A stretch of DNA of 64,000 bases from Anaerolineales bacterium (lineage in GTDB: Bacteria > Chloroflexota > Anaerolineae > Anaerolineales > UBA11579). Within the stretch, counting starts at the first letter, position 1. Each line of letters starts with the position of its first letter. Both the position numbers and the translations under genes were made by a program. This document shows positions 53,489-63,174 of this stretch, piece after piece. The notes below the pieces were generated by a model. It was not told where the DNA came from. It ran no database searches and saw only the letters and a list, made by a program, of their open reading frames with translations. The stretch is from positions 70,713 through 134,712 of the forward strand of contig DAOMSJ010000003.1 in NCBI GenBank assembly GCA_035446285.1, given 5' to 3'.

Positions 53489-54163
53489 TTACTCAGTGGC
53501 CGCCGGAGCCGCGGGCGCAGCCGGAGCGGCTGGGGCAGCAGCAGCGGCAGCAGCCTTGGCGGCCGCCGCAGCGGCCTTCTTGGCGGCTTCTTCAGCCTTC
53601 ACCGCTTCCTCACGAGCATAGTTCGTGGGGCGGATGCCGGCGTAGTAGCTGGCAGGCTTGGAGAGCTTCTCCTTGTTGAAGATGTGCTCTGCATGACGGT
53701 CGAACGAGGCCATTTCGTAGTCGTGGTCCATCTTGATGGCATCGAACGGGCAGTACTCGGCGCAGTAGCCACAGTTCATGCAGATATCTACATCAATGAA
53801 GAAGTCTGCCGGTTCGGGCACAGGGCGCTTGGTAACAGGGTCTTCCGTGCGCACAATCCAGATGCACTGGGGCGGGCAGGCCTTGGCGCAGATACCGCAT
53901 GAGGTACAGCGGTCATGCTTGTTGCCCTCTTCGTCAATATCGTAGACCAGGAAGGGCACATAGCGAAATTCCTCAGGCACCGGCAGCTTCTCTTCCGGAT
54001 ACTGCACAGTGAAGATGCCTTTGGTGTCTACGCTGCGACGATGTTCAATGCCTTCTTTGGTGAAGTAGCGCTTGCGGCCCCACCACTTGATGTCTTCGAC
54101 ATACGAGTCGATGAAATGGGTCAGGGTCACCCACATACCTTTGAGAATACCGAGTCCGTACAT
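53489..54163 (-). CDS. nuoI: NADH-quinone oxidoreductase subunit I (2x[4Fe-4S]) with Ala/Pro-rich C-terminal tail
   Basis: CTSCGICAKACP and CMNCGYCAEYCP motifs. The tail is [34 protein letters not shown]. Confidence 0.9.
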   Translation of the reverse strand: MYGLGILKGMWVTLTHFIDSYVEDIKWWGRKRYFTKEGIEHRRSVDTKGIFTVQYPEEKLPVPEEFRYVPFLVYDIDEEGNKHDRCTSCGICAKACPPQCIWIVRTEDPVTKRPVPEPADFFIDVDICMNCGYCAEYCPFDAIKMDHDYEMASFDRHAEHIFNKEKLSKPASYYAGIRPTNYAREEAVKAEEAAKKAAAAAAKAAAAAAAPAAPAAPAAPAATE

Positions 54164-54183
54164 ATCTTTTCTCCAGCCTCGCC

Positions 54184-55968
54184 TTAGCGGTCTACTTCGC
54201 CGAGCACGATGTCAATGGAACCGAGGTTGACCACTACGTCGGCCACCTTCTGGCCAACGCACATCTTCTCAAGAATCGTCAGGTTAATGAAGCTTGGGGC
54301 GCGCACGTGGTAGCGGGCAGGGTTACCCTTGCCGTTGGACACGATGTAGTAGCCAAGCTCGCCCTTGGGGCCTTCGACACGGCCGTAGGATTCGCCGGCC
54401 GGGACACGCACCTGGTAGGGGTTCTTGCCGTTCATGATCTCGCCACTCGGCAAGTCCTTGAGCGCCTGGCCCAGAATCTGCAGGCTCTGGCGCATCTCGT
54501 CGATACGAATCATGTAGCGGTCATACACATCACCGTGGTAGCGCACGGCCACATCAAACTTGAAGCGGTCGTAGATGCCGTAGGGGTCGGCACGGCGCAC
54601 ATCGTAAGGCACGCCAGAGGCGCGCAGTACGGGGCCAGCGGTGGAGAAGGCAATGGCCTCCTCCGGGGTGATGATGCCCACACCCTCAGAGCGGCTGCGC
54701 ACCAGCTCATTCTCAGAGAGGTAGATATCCAGCTCGTCGATCTTGCGCGGCAGGCGGTCATGCACCAGCAGCTTGATCTTCTCGAAGATGCCTTCGGGCA
54801 GGTCACGCGCCACCCCACCGAAGCGGAAGTAGTTGCACATCATGCGTGAGCCTGTGGTGGCCTCGAATACATCCAGAATGAGCTCGCGCTCTTCAATGGC
54901 GTAGAGCGCCGGGGTGAAGAAAGCGCCGAGGTCATTCAGCAGGAAGCCGACGGCCCACAAGTGATTGCTGATGCGGGTGAGCTCAGCCATGATGACACGC
55001 AGATACTCAGCGCGCTCCGGCGGAGTGCCCTTATCGCCCATCAGCTTCTCAACGGCCAGGGCGTAGCCAAAGTTGTTGCTCATCGAGGCGAGGTAATCCA
55101 AGCGGTCGGTGAACGGCATATTCATCGTCCAGGTGTTGCGCTCGCCGATCTTCTCGTGATTGCGGTGCAGGTAGCCCATCACCGGCTTGAGCGCCACGAT
55201 GGTCTCACCATCCAGGCGCACCGCCATGCGGAACACACCGTGGGTGGAAGGATGCTGCGGTCCGAGGTTGACGACCACCTGCTCGGTGTCGATATCCTCG
55301 GTGTACTCGCGGGCAGCCTTCTCCAGGACTTCGTAGAGTCTGGGGTCATCCACCTCTTTGAAGTTGGCGGGGTCAAACCCTTGCGGGTACTTGTTGTTCT
55401 TATTGAAGGGGTTGCGGTCCTCAGCGCGGTAGACCTGGCCTTCGGGCCAGCGGTTCTTGAACGGCTTGGCCTCTTCTTCGTAGAAGGCTTCAGTCCAGTC
55501 TTTGCGCATGGGGTGGCCGGCAAAGCCTTCCCACATCAGGATGCGGCGCAGATCCGGGTGACCTTCAAAGGTCACGCCGTAGAGGTCATACGCCTCGCGC
55601 TCCTGGAAATCAGCGCCGGGGTAGACCGGAGTTAGCGAAGGCACTACAGAATTGTCACGCGGGGTCTGGACTTTAATCTCCAGCGCGCTGCCGCCAGTGG
55701 ACTTATAGAAGTGATAGACCACTTCGATGAAGTTGTTGGCATTGGGGGCTTCGGAATAGTAGTCCACCGCGGTAGCAGAAGACAGGTAGTCGTACCCCAT
55801 CTCATCACGCAGAGCAGTGGCTACTTCCACCAGGTTACTGGTCTCGACCAGGTAGCCGGTGTAGCCGGCGCGTTCGTCAGCCTTCACCGCGTTGGGGAAG
55901 CGCTTTTCCAGCTCGCTCTTTTCAACAGGGGCCGCAGCGGCCGGGGCAGTTGGTGTTTGTTCGCTCAT
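54184..55968 (-). CDS. nuoCD: Fused NADH-quinone oxidoreductase subunits C and D
   Basis: NuoC part has YGVTFEGHPDLRRIL. NuoD part has LGPQHPSTHGV and ends GSIDIVLGEVDR. No NiFe-hydrogenase CxxC motifs. Confidence 0.9.
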   Translation of the reverse strand: MSEQTPTAPAAAAPVEKSELEKRFPNAVKADERAGYTGYLVETSNLVEVATALRDEMGYDYLSSATAVDYYSEAPNANNFIEVVYHFYKSTGGSALEIKVQTPRDNSVVPSLTPVYPGADFQEREAYDLYGVTFEGHPDLRRILMWEGFAGHPMRKDWTEAFYEEEAKPFKNRWPEGQVYRAEDRNPFNKNNKYPQGFDPANFKEVDDPRLYEVLEKAAREYTEDIDTEQVVVNLGPQHPSTHGVFRMAVRLDGETIVALKPVMGYLHRNHEKIGERNTWTMNMPFTDRLDYLASMSNNFGYALAVEKLMGDKGTPPERAEYLRVIMAELTRISNHLWAVGFLLNDLGAFFTPALYAIEERELILDVFEATTGSRMMCNYFRFGGVARDLPEGIFEKIKLLVHDRLPRKIDELDIYLSENELVRSRSEGVGIITPEEAIAFSTAGPVLRASGVPYDVRRADPYGIYDRFKFDVAVRYHGDVYDRYMIRIDEMRQSLQILGQALKDLPSGEIMNGKNPYQVRVPAGESYGRVEGPKGELGYYIVSNGKGNPARYHVRAPSFINLTILEKMCVGQKVADVVVNLGSIDIVLGEVDR

Positions 55969-55974
55969 CGTCGT

Positions 55975-56664
55975 TTAGCTCGCAGCGGGGGTTGCAGGGG
56001 CAGCGGGTGCTGCTGCAGCCGGAGCTGCGGCAGGTGCAGGAGCCGGCTTGCTGGTTTCCTGCTTGATGATTTCATAGTCACGCGGGTCAAGAATATCCGG
56101 CCCGAGCAGCGGCACAGGAATGGCAGGAATGTCATCCTTGCCATACCAGCGCACGCTGGTGATGGATTCAGAGTCAATCTTCTCTTGCAGTTTCATCAGG
56201 CCGTGCAGCAGCGCCTGCGGGGTCGGCGGGCAGCCGGGCACGTACACGTCCACGGGGATGTACTGGTCTACACCAGACACCACGTTGTAGCCTTCTTTGA
56301 AGGGGCCACCACCGGAAGCGCAGGCGCCCATCGCCAGCACATACTTGGGCTCAGGCATCTGGTTGTACAGACGCACAATTTGCGGGATCATCTTCTTGGT
56401 GACAGTGCCGGAGACGATCATCAGGTCAGATTGGCGCGGGCTGGGGCGCATTACTTCCATACCGAAGCGCGCCAGGTCATAGCGGCTGGCAGCGGTACAG
56501 ATCATTTCGATAGCGCAGCAAGCCAAGCCGAACATCATCGGCCAGACCGAATAGCGGCGGCCCATGTTCCAGATCTTGTCCAGCGTGGTGATGGCCACGT
56601 TCTGGCGCAACTCAGGCGGAACGTCGTAGCCGGCGCTATTCACGGTGGGATTGGTGTCAGTCAT
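55975..56664 (-). CDS. nuoB: NADH-quinone oxidoreductase subunit B (N2 cluster) with Ala/Pro-rich C-terminal tail
   Basis: [20 protein letters not shown], and the VPGCPP cluster N2 ligands. Confidence 0.9.
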   Translation of the reverse strand: MTDTNPTVNSAGYDVPPELRQNVAITTLDKIWNMGRRYSVWPMMFGLACCAIEMICTAASRYDLARFGMEVMRPSPRQSDLMIVSGTVTKKMIPQIVRLYNQMPEPKYVLAMGACASGGGPFKEGYNVVSGVDQYIPVDVYVPGCPPTPQALLHGLMKLQEKIDSESITSVRWYGKDDIPAIPVPLLGPDILDPRDYEIIKQETSKPAPAPAAAPAAAAPAAPATPAAS

Positions 56665-56702
56665 GTACGTTCATCTCCACTTGTGTATATCCACTACCCC
56701 GG

Positions 56703-56936
56703 TTACACCGGGTTGATCTCTTCGAACCACTCCTGGTAAATGGCAGCCAGGATCTCATCATTGGCCAGCTCAGGGTCGTCTGCAAAGCCTGGCAAGGCAA
56801 TTACCCACTGAAAGAGCTCGCCCAGCGAGAGTGTTTCAAGCGTCTCGTTGGGATGGGCTTCTTTCAACGCCAACGCTATCTCATATATGGCGTCCCAATA
56901 CAGTGTGCGGGCCATTGCTCCCGATTGTTCTTTCAT
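56703..56936 (-). CDS. IscX-like Fe-S assembly accessory protein
   Basis: LYWDAIYEIALALKEAHP...LFQWVIALPGFADDPELANDEILAAIYQEWFEE parallels the E. coli IscX pattern (W.D..EI..AL....P......W...L..F.DDP...N...L.AI...W). Confidence 0.55.
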   Translation of the reverse strand: MKEQSGAMARTLYWDAIYEIALALKEAHPNETLETLSLGELFQWVIALPGFADDPELANDEILAAIYQEWFEEINPV

Positions 56937-57011
56937 TCACATTATACATGGTTGAACATTTGAGTCAACGTCTGCGAATAAAGTAAATATTTATTTGGTA
57001 AAATACCGGGA

Positions 57012-57099
57012 CGAGTGAGCAGTAATCGGTGATTAGTGAGCAGCAGAGATTCGAGATTAGAGATTGCCTGTTCACCCGTTACTGTTCACTCCTCACTCG
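57012..57099. repeat. Composite heptamer inverted array combining TGANNAG and GAGATTN units
   Basis: cgagTGAGCAG TAATCGG TGATTAG TGAGCAG CAGAGAT TCGAGAT TAGAGAT tgc CTGTTCA CCCGTTA CTGTTCA CTCCTCA ctcg. Confidence 0.8.
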
Positions 57100-57103
57100 C
57101 CCA

Positions 57104-57703
57104 ATGCAATCCACCCGCCAAAGTATCCTTGACTTCCTCAGCGCGCGCGGCAGCGCCAGCGCATTGCAGATGGCGCAGGCCTTTGGTATGAGCGTGCAGA
57201 ACCTGCGCCGCCACCTGCACATTCTCGAGCAACGCGGGCTGGTCAGCGCCAACCAACCACCTCATGAGGGGCGCGGCCGCCCCCAGCTCACCTATATGCT
57301 CACCAACCAGGCCCAGCCCAATCACCTGGCCGGGCTGAGCAGTGCCTTGCTGGGTGGCTTGCGCGCCAGCGGCCTGCGCCCGCTGGCGCAGCGCTTGCTG
57401 GGCAGGCCCAGCAATGCCCCTCCCCGCCCGGCGCGCAGTGCCAGCCAACGCTTGCTGAGCGCGGTGCAACGCCTGGAGCCATTGGGCTACCGGCCGCGCT
57501 GGGAAGCGCATCCCGGCGGGCCGCAAGTCGTGCTGGGGCACTGCCCCTTTGCCGCCATCATTGATCAGCACCCTGAACTGTGCCAGGTAGACGCGTACAT
57601 GCTGGAGGAATTGCTCGGCGCAGACGCCGAACAAGCCAGCAAGCTGCAAGCGGGGCCACAGGGCACGCCGCAATGTGTCTTCCGAATCAAAGAGCGCCGG
57701 TAG
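57104..57703 (+). CDS. Winged-HTH transcriptional regulator (ArsR/DeoR-like N-domain) with uncharacterised C-domain
   Basis: SILDFLSARGSASALQMAQAFGMSVQNLRRHLHILEQRGLV helix-turn-helix. Confidence 0.6.
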   Translation: MQSTRQSILDFLSARGSASALQMAQAFGMSVQNLRRHLHILEQRGLVSANQPPHEGRGRPQLTYMLTNQAQPNHLAGLSSALLGGLRASGLRPLAQRLLGRPSNAPPRPARSASQRLLSAVQRLEPLGYRPRWEAHPGGPQVVLGHCPFAAIIDQHPELCQVDAYMLEELLGADAEQASKLQAGPQGTPQCVFRIKERR

Positions 57704-57720
57704 AACCGGCGCTCTTTTGA
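57688..57720. terminator. Bidirectional hairpin terminator shared by the HTH gene and the convergent small ORF
   Basis: agagcgccgg-tagaa-ccggcgctct-ttt. The stop codon of the HTH gene is in the loop. Confidence 0.65.
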
Positions 57721-57734
57721 TTCAGTACACCTGG

Positions 57735-57941
57735 CTACGGGAACAAGCCTGACAGATTCACGTTGAGATTGACGCCGCCACTGCCGCCCAACCCTACTTC
57801 AATCGTGTTCAGCAAATTGAGGTTGACGCCCCTGCTGGTTGCTTCATCATTGCCGTTACCACTGCCCAGCAGGTTGAGGTTGGCATCGACGTTGATACCC
57901 TCCTCATTCACACCGGCGCCCACCGAGCCACAACGAACCAA
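57735..57941 (-). CDS. Hypothetical small Asn/Gly/Leu-rich repeat protein
   Basis: Three copies of a (G)VNLNLL-type unit (INVDANLNLLGSG, GVNLNLLNT, GVNLNVNLSG). Ends next to the terminator. Start codon is uncertain (TTG/GTG), with no SD. Confidence 0.3.
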   Translation of the reverse strand: MVRCGSVGAGVNEEGINVDANLNLLGSGNGNDEATSRGVNLNLLNTIEVGLGGSGGVNLNVNLSGLFP

Positions 57942-58130
57942 GACGTACAGGGTGTATAAGCCTCTCCAGGAGGCGCACGAAAGTTAATAAGATTCTAGAG
58001 TCAGTGTTTGTCTTTTGTCTTAACAGCTTTGAGAATGGGCAAAATCCAGCACGGTTGCGCTGTGTACTGCGTGCTATCTCTAAACGCCGCTTAATGCACA
58101 CAGGTGGTAGCATTTGAATCGGCCCCCACC

Positions 58131-59216
58131 ATGTATTCCCTGTTTCGTTGGCTTGCTGCCACATCCCTGCTGCTAATCAGTGCCGCTCCTGCCCTCGCCC
58201 CTGTGCCGCAAGGCTCGCCGAGCGAAGTGGTAGGGCTGATCAACGCCTACCGCGCCGAGTACGGCTTGCCGCCATACGAGGAGCACACCTTGCTCTCACA
58301 GTTAGCGCAGGGACAGGCAGATTACCTTGCCTCCACCCAAGGCGCCACCGGCGGCGACATTCACACGGGCCCCGGTGGCACGCGCCCGCGTGACCGCGCC
58401 TATGCGGCCGGTTACGGCGGCGGCTCCACCATCTTCATCTCAGAGATCGCCAAGTACGGCATGGGCGAAACTTCGCAAAGCGCCATCGCCTGGTGGAAGC
58501 AATCGCCCGATCACAACCCCACGATGATCGCCTCTACCTATGTGCACATCGGTTGTGGCATCGCCAATGACGGCACCACGCGCTATTACTTTGTGTGCGT
58601 AACCGGCTACAGCGTGGGCGGCGGCAGTGGCAGTGGCAGTGGTAGTGGCACCAGCGGCACCGCATCCACGCCATCCAGCGGCTCCAGCAATGTGCCGCCA
58701 GTACAGATCATGATCCCGGTTACCAAAGCCGAGGCGCAGCCGGATGGCTCGGTGGTGCACATCATCCGCACCGGCCAAACGCTGTGGACACTAGCCGCGG
58801 TGTACGATGTGCCGCTGGAGCAATTGCTGCAACTAAATGGTTTCGCCGAATGGGAGGTACTGCACCCCGGCGACGAAGTGATCGTGGCGCCCGCTGGCAG
58901 CATACCCACCAGCGCCCCGACCGAAGACCCCAACACTACGCCCAGCCCCACTCCTACGCTGACGCCATCACCACCGCCGACCGCCACGGTGCTCTCCGCG
59001 GCAGACACGGATGCCACCGTGCAAGCCGCGCTGGCTGAGGCACAGTTGGTGGTGGCGCAACAAGCCGCGCAGGACAACAGCAACAGCAGTGTTCAGTTGG
59101 TGGTGGGCATTGCCTTGGTCAGTATCCTGAGCATTGTTGTGGCGAGCTTCTTTATTCAGCGCCCCGCCACAGAGCCCGAGCTGGACGAGAACGATCCCTT
59201 CGCGCCGTTGCCGTAA
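58131..59216 (+). CDS. Secreted CAP/SCP (PR-1-like) domain + LysM domain protein with C-terminal TM anchor
   Basis: Signal peptide LLLISAAPALA. CAP motifs INAYRAEYGLPP and WWKQSPDHNPTM...HIGCG. LysM HIIRTGQTLWTLAAVYDVPLEQLLQLNG. TM helix VVGIALVSILSIVVASFFI. Confidence 0.75.
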   Translation: MYSLFRWLAATSLLLISAAPALAPVPQGSPSEVVGLINAYRAEYGLPPYEEHTLLSQLAQGQADYLASTQGATGGDIHTGPGGTRPRDRAYAAGYGGGSTIFISEIAKYGMGETSQSAIAWWKQSPDHNPTMIASTYVHIGCGIANDGTTRYYFVCVTGYSVGGGSGSGSGSGTSGTASTPSSGSSNVPPVQIMIPVTKAEAQPDGSVVHIIRTGQTLWTLAAVYDVPLEQLLQLNGFAEWEVLHPGDEVIVAPAGSIPTSAPTEDPNTTPSPTPTLTPSPPPTATVLSAADTDATVQAALAEAQLVVAQQAAQDNSNSSVQLVVGIALVSILSIVVASFFIQRPATEPELDENDPFAPLP

Positions 59217-59265
59217 ATTTCTGCACGTCGGCCAGGCTGAGTGCGGTTAAAATCCAGCAGCCGCT

Positions 59266-60003
59266 ATGCCCTCCAGCCCAACAACTCAACCTTCCTCCGC
59301 ACGCACTCACTTCTGGCAGGGCGCAAAGGACACCTTTCCGCTGCTGGTAGGCGCGCTGCCCTTTGGCTTGATCTATGGCGCACTGGGCATCGCCAGCGGG
59401 CTCAGCCCGGCTGCCACCGCGGCGATGTCGCTGGTAGTCTTTGCAGGGTCAGCCCAGTTCATTGCCGTGAGCCTGATCGCGGCACAGACGCCTGCAGTGG
59501 TGATTGCACTCACCACGTTCGTAGTCAATGCCCGCCACATTCTCTACTCGGCCACCCTGGCCCCACAACTTAAGGGTCTGAGCACCGGCTGGCTGGTGCC
59601 GCTCGGCTTCTGGCTGACGGATGAATCCTTTGTGGTGGCGGTCAAAGGCTTCGAAGAACGCAATCAGCTGGAAGAGCGCAAGTGGTATCTGCTTGGCAGT
59701 GAGCTGGCCATGTACACCAACTGGTTCGCTGCCACCGGCCTGGGCATCCTGGCCGGCCAGGCGATTGATGACCCGGGTAGCTGGGGCCTGGACTTTGCCC
59801 TGGTGGTGACCTTCATCGGCATGCTTGTGCCCATGGTCAAAGGCCGGCCGGAGTTGCTGGCCGTGCTTGTCTCCGGCGTTACTGCTGTGCTGGGTTATGG
59901 GCTGCCCCACCGCGCCGGCCTGCTGCTGGCCGCCGTGCTCGGCGTCCTGAGCGGCGTGCTGGCTGAGCGCGCCTGGCCGCGCAGCAAGGCAGGCACCCCA
60001 TGA
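59266..60003 (+). CDS. azlC: Branched-chain amino acid exporter, AzlC family
   Basis: FWQGAKDTFPLLVGALPFGLIYG start and SAQF motif typical of AzlC. Confidence 0.85.
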   Translation: MPSSPTTQPSSARTHFWQGAKDTFPLLVGALPFGLIYGALGIASGLSPAATAAMSLVVFAGSAQFIAVSLIAAQTPAVVIALTTFVVNARHILYSATLAPQLKGLSTGWLVPLGFWLTDESFVVAVKGFEERNQLEERKWYLLGSELAMYTNWFAATGLGILAGQAIDDPGSWGLDFALVVTFIGMLVPMVKGRPELLAVLVSGVTAVLGYGLPHRAGLLLAAVLGVLSGVLAERAWPRSKAGTP

Positions 60004-60314
60004 ACGAAGTATGGTTGCTGGCTAGTATGGCCATCGCCACTATGGCTACACGCATCCCGGTGCTGGTTGCCCTCAGCCGGCGCACGCTGCCCGAAGGCGT
60101 CGAGCGCGCTCTGCGCTACGTGCCGCCTGCGGTGCTCTCGGCTATCATCCTGCCCATCGTCGTGCTGCGCGAAGGTGAGCTCAATCTGGTGACCAACAAT
60201 GCCATGCTGCCGGCCAGCCTGATCGCCATCCTCATTTCATGGCGCACCAAAAACCTGCTGCTCACCATCGTGGTGGGCATGACGGCCTTTCTGGTGTGGC
60301 GTATGATTTTCTAA
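60000..60314 (+). CDS. azlD: AzlD family small membrane protein
   Basis: ATGA overlap with azlC. 104 aa with four hydrophobic segments and an ATRIP-type N-terminus. Confidence 0.8.
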   Translation: MNEVWLLASMAIATMATRIPVLVALSRRTLPEGVERALRYVPPAVLSAIILPIVVLREGELNLVTNNAMLPASLIAILISWRTKNLLLTIVVGMTAFLVWRMIF

Positions 60315-60426
60315 GGAAAGCATAGTTTGTCGCGGTAACTCTGCGCAGACTTGCGCTGGCATTTCGCAGCACCAAACCAAATCCGCATCATCAAGCATAG
60401 AGCCTGAATTTTGCTCGGGCTTCCGC

Positions 60427-60455
60427 TTGACAAGAGAAGTGAAAGCCGATAATAT
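60427..60455 (+). promoter_or_regulatory. Sigma70-type promoter TTGACA-17 nt-TAATAT
   Basis: Read directly, about 30 nt upstream of the SRPBCC gene start (GGAGGG SD + GTG). Confidence 0.55.
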
Positions 60456-60476
60456 GTAACCAATTAGTTACATATT
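60451..60476. promoter_or_regulatory. Perfect 10-6-10 inverted repeat AATATGTAAC-CAATTA-GTTACATATT (candidate ArsR-family operator)
   Basis: Overlaps the -10 hexamer and predicted TSS of the SRPBCC-arsR operon. Confidence 0.6.
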
Positions 60477-60485
60477 GGAGGGCTT

Positions 60486-60953
60486 GTGCTTAGTAAACAT
60501 TCCCCACAAGAATTAAAAATAGAGTTTGAGATCTACATAGACGCTGCTCCTGCAAGAGTCTGGGGCTTGATGGCCAGCACGGAGGGCATGAACCTGTGGC
60601 TGGCACGCAATCTGGTCTTCGAGCATAAGCTGGGCGGGCGCTTTGAAATGAAGGGCAATCTGCCCGGCGAAGGGCCTTACCGCTTCACTGGCGAAGTTAC
60701 GAAACTTGAGCCAGAGCGTGAGCTAGCCTTCACTTGGAAGAGTGATCCTGAGAACGGCACGCCGTGGAACACAAGCACACTAGTGACACTACGCCTACAA
60801 CCACAAGGGGCCGGCACACTCGTCAGCCTGATCCACACGGGCTTCGAGGGGCTGGGTGAAGCTGCTTCCAAGGAAGCCTACGAAGGCCATATCCAGGGCT
60901 GGACGATTGCTGACAACTTGAATGATCTCAAACAGGCCGCTGAGGCAAACTAA
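60486..60953 (+). CDS. SRPBCC superfamily protein (Aha1/AHSA1-like)
   Basis: IDAAPARVWGLMAS...GRFEM...FTGEVTKLEPERELAFTW pattern of the Aha1_N/START-like family. Confidence 0.8.
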   Translation: MLSKHSPQELKIEFEIYIDAAPARVWGLMASTEGMNLWLARNLVFEHKLGGRFEMKGNLPGEGPYRFTGEVTKLEPERELAFTWKSDPENGTPWNTSTLVTLRLQPQGAGTLVSLIHTGFEGLGEAASKEAYEGHIQGWTIADNLNDLKQAAEAN

Positions 60954-61265
60954 GTGCAGGATCGCTCTGCCTTCTACGCCATCGCCGACCCGACTCGCAG
61001 GCGCATCCTGGATGCGCTGCTGGCTGGGCCACTGCGGGCCGGTCAGCTCGCCGAGCGCTTCCCGCGCATCAGCCGCCCCGCCGTCAGCAAGCACCTGCGC
61101 GTGCTGCGCAGCAGCCGCCTGGTGCTTGTGGAACAGCGCGGCCGCGAGCTCTGGTACCGCATCGATCCGGCACCGCTCTCCGAAGTTGAGGAGTGGGTGC
61201 AGAAATACGCAGCCTTCTGGGAAGACAAGCTACTGGCGCTGAAAAAAGTGGCGGAAGAAGGCTAG
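60954..61265 (+). CDS. ArsR/SmtB family transcriptional regulator
   Basis: FYAIADPTRRRILDALLAGPLRAGQLAERFPRISRPAVSKHLRVLRSSRLV. GTG start abuts the upstream stop. Confidence 0.85.
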   Translation: MQDRSAFYAIADPTRRRILDALLAGPLRAGQLAERFPRISRPAVSKHLRVLRSSRLVLVEQRGRELWYRIDPAPLSEVEEWVQKYAAFWEDKLLALKKVAEEG

Positions 61266-61273
61266 AATTCATC

Positions 61274-61305
61274 AAAAAGGCCATCGCTCCATCGATGGCC
61301 TTTTG
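61274..61305. terminator. Bidirectional terminator (arsR-type gene / glmS)
   Basis: aaaaa-ggccatcg-ctccat-cgatggcc-tttt. Confidence 0.75.
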
Positions 61306-61326
61306 ATCAGTGAATAGCAGTTGCCT

Positions 61327-63168
<1,842 letters not shown>

Positions 63169-63174
63169 GGCAGA

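Noticed and set aside
54184-55968. NuoCD as a possible [NiFe]-hydrogenase large subunit (group 4)
   Set aside because: The N-terminal RxCGxC and C-terminal DPCxxC nickel-binding motifs are replaced by LGPQHPSTHGV and GSIDIVLGEVDR, which are the complex-I NuoD type.
55711-56739. 342-aa plus-strand ORF
   Set aside because: Antisense to the nuoCD 5' end and nuoB. Composition is low-complexity and Arg/Gly-rich.
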